A stretch of DNA of 44,276 bases from Actinobacteria bacterium UBA7422 (GCA_002469525.1 DKME01000110.1:42796-87071); one strand, 5' to 3'. Shown: positions 19,928 through 27,056, counted from the first letter of the stretch. A program made the numbers and translations. The notes: generated by a model not told the origin, from the letters alone.

Positions 19928-20415
19928 ATACTTGGGTTTACCAGTAGCGTGATTTCACCCGGAGCAGTGCTTTGCTCACCCAGTGTCGCACTGATTGTGA
20001 TGTCAAACCCGTTGCCAATTGCCCCGAACACCTTGATTGTCTCCGATGACAAGTCTGCGAGTGGTCCGACCTCGAAACTTGTATCAAATTCCCCAAGGAA
20101 ATCCTGCTGGACTTCGAATACATCTCCGGTTACCGACCACGTGGCGACTGCTGTTCGGTCATCAATTATTGACACCGCAATAAGGGTTCCTGTGGGAGTT
20201 GGTACTCCCGCGGGCCAATCGGAGGGCAATGCCAGGTCGCTTCCCACGACAAGTTCGTTGCCTGAGCCGTCGTCCAAAAGTGGATCATCGGGATTTGATA
20301 CTTCAAATTGATTGCCCGATGCAGTTGTTTCGGGTGACGTGGAATCTTGGGAACATCCGGTCAAGCCGACAACGGCAACAAGTGATGCACCTAAAATGAA
20401 TTTTCGCAAGATCAC
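19924..20415 (-). CDS. hypothetical lipoprotein (163 aa)
   Basis: The signal peptide carries a lipobox (MILRKFILGASLVAVVGLTG|C) followed by a Ser/Thr/Asp-rich linker. I recognise no catalytic motif. The start is GTG at 20415, with an alternative TTG at 20409. Confidence 0.65.
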   Translation of the reverse strand: MILRKFILGASLVAVVGLTGCSQDSTSPETTASGNQFEVSNPDDPLLDDGSGNELVVGSDLALPSDWPAGVPTPTGTLIAVSIIDDRTAVATWSVTGDVFEVQQDFLGEFDTSFEVGPLADLSSETIKVFGAIGNGFDITISATLGEQSTAPGEITLLVNPSI

Positions 20416-20427
20416 GCGTCAAGTATG

Positions 20428-20501
20428 TGCCCCGGGTCGGATTCGAACCGACACTGGACGGTGTTTGAGACCGCTTCCTCTACCGGTTGGGATACCGGGG
20501 C
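20428..20501 (-). tRNA. tRNA with anticodon CAA (Leu codon UUG) but a short 5-nt variable loop; atypical tRNA-Leu-like gene
   Basis: I folded the cloverleaf by hand. Elements in order: GCCCCGG-UA-UCCC-AACCGGUAG-AGGA-A-GCGGU-CUCAAAC-ACCGU-CCAGU-GUCGG-UUCGAAU-CCGAC-CCGGGGC-A. The acceptor stem is a perfect 7 bp, the T loop is the canonical UUCGAAU, and G18G19 are present. CCA is not encoded. Confidence 0.8.
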
Positions 20502-20549
20502 TAGGGGGCATAACCATACCGATGAACGGATAGGTTCTAGCCTTACCCC

Positions 20550-21155
20550 ATGCAGATCCCACAGGTGAGCGAGTTGGCACCGGATCAAGCGCCTTTGCGA
20601 GTCCTTATCGCAGAAGATGAAACTTTAATTCGACTTGATTTGGCCGAAACCCTGATCGAGTTGGGAATGGAAGTCGTAGGTGCGGTTGCAAACGGCCAAT
20701 TGGCCGTAGACCTTGCTCGAAGCACTAAACCCGATGTAATCCTGATGGATATTACGATGCCGGTACGGGACGGGATTAGCGCAGCGGCTGAAATAACTTC
20801 AGCCGAAATCGCACCGGTAGTGTTGCTTAGTGCCTATTCGCACCCAGATCTTGTCGCCAATGCCGCTTCGGTGGGAATTTTTGGATACCTGGTGAAACCC
20901 TTTACCGGGGCTGAGGTGCGCGCGGCCATCATGCTCGCGCACGTTCGCTGGCGTGAATTGACAACTCTTAACGCTGAAATCACACTGCTGCGCTCGCGCA
21001 ACCACGCATCAGAGGTGGTTGAGCGTGCGAAGCAGGTACTTCGTGGTTCGGGTATGTCCGAGGAAGAAGCATTTGCATTTCTGCGCAGGGCAGCTATGGA
21101 CAATCGACTCACCATCGCAGAAGCGGCGACCAAAGTCATTGTTTCCCAGGAGTAA
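20550..21155 (+). CDS. pdtaR: ANTAR-domain response regulator (PdtaR-type)
   Basis: The receiver domain shows RVLIAEDETLIRLDL, a phospho-acceptor context DVILMDITMPVRDG, and YLVKPF. The C-terminal ANTAR region reads VVERAKQVLRGSGMSEEEAFAFLRRAAMDNRLTIAEAA. It closely resembles mycobacterial PdtaR as I remember it. Confidence 0.9.
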   Translation: MQIPQVSELAPDQAPLRVLIAEDETLIRLDLAETLIELGMEVVGAVANGQLAVDLARSTKPDVILMDITMPVRDGISAAAEITSAEIAPVVLLSAYSHPDLVANAASVGIFGYLVKPFTGAEVRAAIMLAHVRWRELTTLNAEITLLRSRNHASEVVERAKQVLRGSGMSEEEAFAFLRRAAMDNRLTIAEAATKVIVSQE

Positions 21156-21198
21156 AAATGTCTGAAACAACCGTGTAATGGGGTACGGAGCCATTACA
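21148..21198 (+). promoter_or_regulatory. candidate leader element: SD-like AGGAG, a 6-codon uORF (MSETTV, 21158-21178), and an 8-bp hairpin (21174-21181 / 21191-21198)
   Basis: AGGAG at 21148-21152 lies 5 nt upstream of ATG 21158. The uORF is ATG TCT GAA ACA ACC GTG TAA. The arms TGTAATGG and CCATTACA are perfectly complementary with a 9-nt loop. Confidence 0.3.
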
Positions 21199-21282
21199 GA
21201 GGTCACATTCCGATTACGAAGTGGTCAATTCATGCCCCAGGACTTGGATTTCGGTAGGACATGGCCCTACAGTGGTGCACTG

Positions 21283-21335
21283 GCTCAGGCAACTGAGCTT
21301 TGGAAACGGTGGGGGCAGACGCCTTCACTGCCTTT
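21283..21335 (+). promoter_or_regulatory. two short hairpins, each followed by TTT, in the 5' leader of the binding-protein gene (possible attenuators)
   Basis: The first is GCTCAG-GCAA-CTGAGC-TTT (21283-21301). The second is GGCAG-N9-CTGCC-TTT (21314-21335), which ends 7 nt before the SD AAGGAG (21340-21345). Confidence 0.25.
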
Positions 21336-21350
21336 AATCAAGGAGAATGC

Positions 21351-22673
21351 ATGAAGCGCACTATGGCCCTAAAGACCGTGGCTGTTCTGGGTGCGGCATC
21401 GCTTGCTCTGGCTGCTTGTAGCAGTGACAGTGACGATACCACCGCCAGTGCAACCACTGAAGAAACTTCAGCCGAGGCAACCGCCGAAGAAACCGCCGAA
21501 GAAACCGCAACCGACGAGTGTGTAAGCCCCTCTTTGGTGTTGGGAACAATGCTCCCAGCAACAGGTGACCTTGCATTCCTCGGCCCACCCGAGTTCGCAG
21601 GCGTTGAAATGGCTCTTGAAGAGATCGACGCCGCAGGCGGCGTTCTCGGATCCCCAGTCACCTACATTGAAGGTGACTCCGGAGACACGACCACAGATAT
21701 TGCCAGCCAGACCGTTGACTCGCAGCTCGCTCAGGGTGTTAACGCGATCATTGGTGCTGCCTCATCCGGTGTGTCATTGACGGTTATTGACAAGATCACC
21801 TCCAACGGTGTTGTCCAGTTCTCACCAGCCAACACGGCCCCAGTACTGACCACCTACGAAGATAACGGTCTCTACTTCCGTAACTCACCTTCTGACGTGC
21901 TTCAGGGCGCCGTTATTGCCGCTGCGGCAATTGACGCAGGGGTAACTAGCATGGCCGTTATCGCTCGCCAGGATCCATACGGCGAAGGATTGGCCATTGC
22001 AACGGTCAAGGACTTCACAGCTGCTGGCGGAACCGTCACCAGTGACATCCTTTACGATCCAGCTGCTCCATCATTTGAGGCTGAAGTTGCTGAGATCAAG
22101 GCCGGCTCACCAGATGCAGTTACCGTCATTGGTTTCGAAGAATCTGTCAAGCTTGTTCAGGAAATGATCAAGCAGGGTGTTGGCCCAGCTGACGTTCAGC
22201 TTTACCTGGTTGACGGAAACCTTTCCACAACCGCTTTCGCTGACTTCCCTAAGGACACGATGAAGGGTACCGTCGGTACCGTTCCATCCGGCTCAGAGGA
22301 TCTAACTGCTTTCTACGATCGTATGGCGACATTCGATCCAGCTCTGACCGACTACAGCTACGGACCACAGTCATATGACGCAACAATGGTTATTGCCCTT
22401 GCTGCTCAGCAGGCTGGTTGTGCTGACGGTGTTGCGATTGCAGCAGCGCTACCTGATGTAGCCGGTAACGGTGGCGAAGCATGCTCCACGTACGCCGATT
22501 GTCTTGCTCTGATTGATGCAGGCACAGACATCGACTACATGGGCGTTACCGGAGGCGTTGACTTCAACGAATTCGGCGACCTCCTTGAGGGCACCATCTC
22601 GATCAACGAATACTCCTCAAACACTGAGTTCAGCGAAATCGGCTCAGTAACCGCAGTGGTCCCATTGCCATAA
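21351..22673 (+). CDS. ABC transporter substrate-binding lipoprotein, LivJ/Peripla_BP_6 type (branched-chain amino acid family)
   Basis: I prefer the ATG at 21351, with AAGGAG 5 nt upstream. The lipoprotein signal is MKRTMALKTVAVLGAASLALAA|C, followed by an acidic T/E/A linker. The type-I PBP core reads LVLGTMLPATGDLAFLGPPEFAGVEMALEEIDAAGGVLG..IIGAASSGVS. Confidence 0.85.
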   Translation: MKRTMALKTVAVLGAASLALAACSSDSDDTTASATTEETSAEATAEETAEETATDECVSPSLVLGTMLPATGDLAFLGPPEFAGVEMALEEIDAAGGVLGSPVTYIEGDSGDTTTDIASQTVDSQLAQGVNAIIGAASSGVSLTVIDKITSNGVVQFSPANTAPVLTTYEDNGLYFRNSPSDVLQGAVIAAAAIDAGVTSMAVIARQDPYGEGLAIATVKDFTAAGGTVTSDILYDPAAPSFEAEVAEIKAGSPDAVTVIGFEESVKLVQEMIKQGVGPADVQLYLVDGNLSTTAFADFPKDTMKGTVGTVPSGSEDLTAFYDRMATFDPALTDYSYGPQSYDATMVIALAAQQAGCADGVAIAAALPDVAGNGGEACSTYADCLALIDAGTDIDYMGVTGGVDFNEFGDLLEGTISINEYSSNTEFSEIGSVTAVVPLP

Positions 22674-22697
22674 GTGGTAACTCACTAGCAGTAGAGA

Positions 22698-22732
22698 CTG
22701 TGGCCCCGTACCCCTTGGGTACGGGGCCACAG
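22698..22732 (+). terminator. intrinsic terminator hairpin after the binding-protein gene
   Basis: The inverted repeat CTGTGGCCCCGTACCC-ctt-GGGTACGGGGCCACAG is a perfect 16 bp. It is followed by TTCTGTTC and lies 25 nt after the stop codon. Confidence 0.8.
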
Positions 22733-22765
22733 TTCTGTTCAGCAGGAATTTTCACCAGTGCATCG

Positions 22766-22804
22766 AAAAAAAAATGGGCTTACCCCGAAACCGGGATAAG
22801 CCCA
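22766..22804 (-). terminator. Rho-independent terminator of the livHMGF operon
   Basis: On the minus strand it reads TGGGCTTATCCCGGTTTCGGGGTAAGCCCA followed by T9 (A9 at 22766-22774 on plus). It lies 22 nt downstream of the livF stop. Confidence 0.85.
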
Positions 22805-22825
22805 CAAAGTCCTCGTGTTCAGTTA

Positions 22826-23692
22826 TCAAGCTTTAGCGAGCGTCCCCAGATACAGTTCAATGACCTTAGGATCATTAGCCAGGGCTGATCCTGTACCGGT
22901 GTAGGCGTTCTGGCCTTGATCCATAACATAGCCGCGATCCACAATTTGCAGGCACCGAGCGGCATTTTGCTCGACGATAATCACGGTCACCCCGGTAGCG
23001 TTGATTTCCTTAACACGAATGAATACTTCATCTTGTAGGGCCGGGCTCAGTCCCGCACTCGGCTCATCCAGGAGCAGGACGCTGGGAGCCATCATGAGAG
23101 CGCGCCCCATGGCGACCATTTGGCGCTCGCCACCGGAGAGGGAACCGGCACGCTGCTTACGGCGGGTGCCCAATGTGGGGAACAAATCAACGACGGCGTC
23201 AAAGCGTTCAGGAAAGGACTTAGGGTCCTGAAAGGCGCCCATCTGCATGTTTTCTTCAATGGTGAGAGTCGGGAAAACATTGTTGTTTTGCGGAACGAAA
23301 CCAACACCACGACGCACCAGCTGGTCAGCGCGTAAGTTTGTGATGTCCTCGTCGCGCAATGTGACCGAACCTGAATTTACACGTACCAGGCCAAACAGTG
23401 CTTTGAGTAGTGTCGACTTACCCGCTCCGTTAGGCCCGATAATTCCTACGAGCTCACCCTCGTGCGCATAAAGATCGGCGTCGTTGAGGATATTGACGCC
23501 CGGGAAATACCCGGCGATTAGTTTGTCAGCCTTAATCAAAGCATCAACCGATTCTGCGGCATGCAGTTGAGCAGGTGTTGCAGGGGTGGCGTGGGAGTGC
23601 TGGGTCGCGTTTATGTCAATTTCGGACTCAAACTCGTGTGCTCCATCGGGGCTGTCTATTTCGGGGAGATCACTGGGTTCGCTGAAGTTCAT
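22826..23692 (-). CDS. livF: branched-chain amino acid ABC transporter ATP-binding protein (LivF-type) with an acidic N-terminal extension of about 48 aa
   Basis: Walker A is GPNGAGKST, the signature is LSGGERQMVAMGRAL, and Walker B is LLLDEPSAGL. The C-terminus PKVIELYLG is typical of LivF. Confidence 0.9.
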   Translation of the reverse strand: MNFSEPSDLPEIDSPDGAHEFESEIDINATQHSHATPATPAQLHAAESVDALIKADKLIAGYFPGVNILNDADLYAHEGELVGIIGPNGAGKSTLLKALFGLVRVNSGSVTLRDEDITNLRADQLVRRGVGFVPQNNNVFPTLTIEENMQMGAFQDPKSFPERFDAVVDLFPTLGTRRKQRAGSLSGGERQMVAMGRALMMAPSVLLLDEPSAGLSPALQDEVFIRVKEINATGVTVIIVEQNAARCLQIVDRGYVMDQGQNAYTGTGSALANDPKVIELYLGTLAKA

Positions 23693-24600
23693 GCGTTTCC
23701 TCCTTGGGAATCAGCCGTAAGGGATGTTCCATCGTCTGTCAGAGCCGATCCGTGGCGAGAACCAAGGTAGGCCTCAATGACCTGAGGGTTCTTCATTACC
23801 GCGTCCGGCGGCCCCTCAGCTATTACCTGGCCTTGGGCCATGACGATTACCCAGTCACTAATGTCATGAACCATGTCCATATCGTGTTCCACGAAAAGCA
23901 CCGTGGTGCCCTCTTCACGGATGTTCTTGATATGTCCCAAAAGACTCTGGGTCAGAGCAGGGTTAACGCCAGCCATTGGTTCGTCCAGCATCACAATTTC
24001 TGGGCCGACCATCAATGCTCGTGCCATCTCGAGCAACTTGCGCTGACCGCCCGATAGGGAACCGGCGAAGTCGTCAATCTTTTCGTGAAGATTGAACCGC
24101 TCCAGAAGTACCATGGCGCGCTCCCGATTGGCGCGCTCTTGGCCTCTCCAAGTGAAGGGGACAAGAGCATTGAGCACCCGCTCACCGCTCTGTCCGTGCG
24201 CCCCCAGCAGCATGTTGTCGATAACGCTCATGCGGGACAGGGCCTTTGTGAGCTGGAAAGTGCGCACCATGCCCATGCGGGCCAGTCGGTGCGGTGCGGT
24301 GCCGGCAACGGACTTGTCATTAAACGTCCAAGTCCCAGTGTCTGGCTTGTCGAACCCGGTCAACAGGTTGAACAGAGTGGTTTTACCTGCGCCATTGGGC
24401 CCGATCAGCGCGGTGATCGCGCCTCGTTGGATTTCCACGTGAGCCACGTCGACCGCTTTGAGCCCGCCGAATTGGCGACTCACATGATCGGCAATCACGA
24501 CCGGATCGGGTTTGGGTGCGCCTGGAACCTGGGGAACATCACGCAATGCCTCGACGGCGGCAGCGTGTCCTGTGGCCATGTGGTCCGTTTTAGCGGGCAT
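23689..24600 (-). CDS. livG: branched-chain amino acid ABC transporter ATP-binding protein (LivG-type)
   Basis: Walker A is GPNGAGKTT, the signature is LSGGQRKLLEMARAL, and Walker B is VMLDEPMAGV. PQVIEAYLG is also present. GGGAG lies about 10 nt upstream of the ATG at 24600. The gene overlaps the livM end by 11 nt and the livF start by 4 nt. Confidence 0.9.
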   Translation of the reverse strand: MPAKTDHMATGHAAAVEALRDVPQVPGAPKPDPVVIADHVSRQFGGLKAVDVAHVEIQRGAITALIGPNGAGKTTLFNLLTGFDKPDTGTWTFNDKSVAGTAPHRLARMGMVRTFQLTKALSRMSVIDNMLLGAHGQSGERVLNALVPFTWRGQERANRERAMVLLERFNLHEKIDDFAGSLSGGQRKLLEMARALMVGPEIVMLDEPMAGVNPALTQSLLGHIKNIREEGTTVLFVEHDMDMVHDISDWVIVMAQGQVIAEGPPDAVMKNPQVIEAYLGSRHGSALTDDGTSLTADSQGGNA

Positions 24601-25576
24601 CGAGGGCCAACTCCCTTCGGTCTCCGAATATTCCTTGTGGTCTAAAGATCATGAGCAGCATCAGCCCGAGTCCCATCAGCATAAATCGAATCGAGCCAAC
24701 ATCTGTGGGGGTGAGGAACTCGATGTAACCGTTATTGATCAAGGAGCTCAGGAGCTCACCGAATCCGGCAAGGAGGAACCAGAAAATGATTGTCCCCGCG
24801 ATTGGTCCGAATACGCGCGCTGCTCCTCCCAGGAGGAGGATTGTGTAGACGAAGAACGTGAAATCAGGCTGGAATGTGTCCGGTTGGACCGATTGCTTGG
24901 CAACCGCCCACAAGATTCCACCAAAAGCTGCAATGCCACCACCAATTATGAGGGCCTGCATTTTATACACAAAGACGTTCTTGCCCAATGACACAACGGC
25001 GTCTTCATCCTCGCGGATTCCCTTAACCACTCGGCCCCATGGGCTGCGTACTAGGCCCCAGACCAGCAAAGTGAACAGTAGGGCGAGGCTCCACCCGACG
25101 ATTACTACCCACAGGTCTTGTCGGCTCCATGTGAGAACAGGAAGGGTGAAGTCAGCAGGGAGCGGGTTAAGGTCGTGAAACTCCTGGCCGAGTTTGCCAT
25201 TAAGCCCTTGTGCACCGCCGAAAACGTCCTTGAACGCGATTGACCGCACGAGCAGTCGCAGTAGCTCACTTGCCGCGATGGTGACGATTGCTAGATAGTC
25301 CGCGCGCAATCGAAGGGTTGGGATTCCCAGTAGAAGGGCCAATAATGTCGATACGACCACGCCCACGACCACCGCTAGCCACAGGCCCAAATCGAAGGTA
25401 AGAACGATCACGCCAACTGCATAGGCACCTGCGGCCACAAAGGCGACCTGACCGAAGTTGAGCAGCCCCGTGTAACCGAACTGGACGTTAAGGCCGATCG
25501 CAGCAAAAAGGTAAATGAGGGCGGTGACGCCCACCGCTTGGGTGATGGTGAGTGAAAATATTTGCACGAAATCCAT
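24590..25576 (-). CDS. livM: branched-chain amino acid ABC transporter permease (LivM-type)
   Basis: The product is polytopic. BPD_transp_2-like segments are GLNVQFGYTGLLNFGQVAFVAAGAY and PTLRLRADYLAIVTIA. Confidence 0.85.
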   Translation of the reverse strand: MDFVQIFSLTITQAVGVTALIYLFAAIGLNVQFGYTGLLNFGQVAFVAAGAYAVGVIVLTFDLGLWLAVVVGVVVSTLLALLLGIPTLRLRADYLAIVTIAASELLRLLVRSIAFKDVFGGAQGLNGKLGQEFHDLNPLPADFTLPVLTWSRQDLWVVIVGWSLALLFTLLVWGLVRSPWGRVVKGIREDEDAVVSLGKNVFVYKMQALIIGGGIAAFGGILWAVAKQSVQPDTFQPDFTFFVYTILLLGGAARVFGPIAGTIIFWFLLAGFGELLSSLINNGYIEFLTPTDVGSIRFMLMGLGLMLLMIFRPQGIFGDRRELALDAR

Positions 25577-25581
25577 TTGGA

Positions 25582-26865
25582 TTAACCCACCCTCTCTTTT
25601 CGACCCAGTAATCCTTGAGGCCTCACCATCAAAATCAGGATCATGAGGAACAAGGCACCCACAGTTTTCATCTCAGTCGGAATAACCAGGGTGGTCAATT
25701 GGACAAAGATTCCGACCACCATGGCTCCAACGATTGCGCCATAGATGGTTCCCAATCCACCCAAGATAACCGCGGCAAAGAGCACGAGCAGAATCCGCTG
25801 ACCCATATTCCAGACGGTATTTTGGGTGAGTCCCAAATAAATTCCGGCGAACGCGGCAAGGCCCGCGCCAACAATCCAGACCACAGAAATTACTCGCTCA
25901 ACGTCAATCCCGGTGGCAGATGCGAGAGCGGGGTTGTCCGAAACGGCTCGAGTCGCCTTGCCGATCCGCGAACGCTGCAGCCACGTAACGGTTGCGGTTA
26001 AAGCTATTACGGCGAGTAGGCCCAAGATCAACGCCTTGGGAGTTGTGTTGAACGGCCCAATTTCGATACCGGGCTGACCAGCAAACTGCTTGTAACTTGA
26101 TGGAGCGCCGCCAAAGAACAGCACCAGCGTGTAGCGCAGGAAGATTGCGAGTCCGATACTGACAATCATTGCGGCAATCAGTCCAGTTTTGCGCCGTCGC
26201 AGTGGACGCCACAGGATTCGATTTTGGCCCCAGCCGTATACGAATGCCGCAAAAACGATCGCGATCGGAGCGGCGATGATGATGTTCACACCCGCCGTGT
26301 TGATGGCTAGCGCGGTAAATGCGCCCAGTGAGAGGAGTTCGCCTTGGGAGAAGTTGGTCAAACCGGTGGTTCCAAATACCAGGTTCATGCCGACAGCACC
26401 GAGGGCTATGACCAGTCCGTAGAGGATTCCGTCGAGAAAAAGCTGAATGACGCGTTCCGAAGTTCCAGACTCGACTTCGCTAATTCCGGACTCGCCGCCC
26501 TCTGACAGACCGATGAGTAACCTTTTTTCACCACCCAACACCAACAGCGACCGGCTCGCATCTTCCGCATTATTGAGGGTGATTCCCTCGGGGAGGGTCG
26601 TTATGTCAACTTCGACAAGATAGGTGCCGCCGGCGGGCAGTGGCACCACGAAAACCCCTTTGTCGTCCGAGGTACCCGACGTGAGTACGCCGTCGGCGTC
26701 CGTGGCGGTCACTAGCACTCCCACCACTGCTTCACCACCAGGGGTAGACAGGGTTCCCGTGATCGTGGTGTCCGCGGCAGTGGCTGGCGAGAGGCCGCCT
26801 GATACGAAAAGAGCGATTGTTGCGAGGAGAAGTACTCCCAATGCGAGTCGAACGCGTCTAAGCAC
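25582..26865 (-). CDS. livH: branched-chain amino acid ABC transporter permease (LivH-type) with a roughly 135-aa N-terminal secreted extension
   Basis: The LivH core begins near LFLDGILYGLVIALGAVGMNLVFGTTGLTNFSQGE. It is preceded by a signal-like MLRRVRLALGVLLLATIALFV..ATAA and a beta-rich segment TITGTLSTPGGEAVVGVLVTATDADGVLTSGTSDDKGVFVVPLPAGGTYLVEV. The start is GTG, with GGAGG 9 nt upstream. Confidence 0.85.
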   Translation of the reverse strand: MLRRVRLALGVLLLATIALFVSGGLSPATAADTTITGTLSTPGGEAVVGVLVTATDADGVLTSGTSDDKGVFVVPLPAGGTYLVEVDITTLPEGITLNNAEDASRSLLVLGGEKRLLIGLSEGGESGISEVESGTSERVIQLFLDGILYGLVIALGAVGMNLVFGTTGLTNFSQGELLSLGAFTALAINTAGVNIIIAAPIAIVFAAFVYGWGQNRILWRPLRRRKTGLIAAMIVSIGLAIFLRYTLVLFFGGAPSSYKQFAGQPGIEIGPFNTTPKALILGLLAVIALTATVTWLQRSRIGKATRAVSDNPALASATGIDVERVISVVWIVGAGLAAFAGIYLGLTQNTVWNMGQRILLVLFAAVILGGLGTIYGAIVGAMVVGIFVQLTTLVIPTEMKTVGALFLMILILMVRPQGLLGRKERVG

Positions 26866-27056
26866 GTGGGCGTACCTCCGGGTCTCGGGTGTTCAACTGT
26901 TGAATTCGGGCACAAAAATATTAGCGATGGAACCTGGAGAACCCTACCGATATTAGAGGCGGTTGAGTACCTCTTTTGAAGAAGTATTTCGATTGTTACA
27001 CATTTGTAAGTGTTCCCTGTAACTCGTCAATGTTTCCTATAAGTCGGTTCAGGGGG

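Noticed and set aside
20428-20501. Plus-strand reading of the tRNA region, which also gives an acceptor stem and a 7-nt loop GTTTGAG with TTG (Gln) at the anticodon position.
   Set aside because: It is only the mirror image. On the plus strand the GTTCGAATC-type T arm would sit at the D-arm position, and no T loop or G18G19 exists at the correct place. Only the minus-strand fold is tRNA-like.
21156-21350. A canonical ANTAR target (two tandem hairpins with AxxGxx hexaloops), and an AmiC/AmiR-like protein-protein sensor pair formed by the binding protein and PdtaR.
   Set aside because: By eye none of the hairpins has a hexaloop with A1/G4; the loops are 9, 4 and 9 nt. The binding protein has a lipoprotein export signal, so it cannot act as a cytoplasmic AmiC-like partner. 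I kept it only as a low-interest hypothesis that needs a covariance-model scan.
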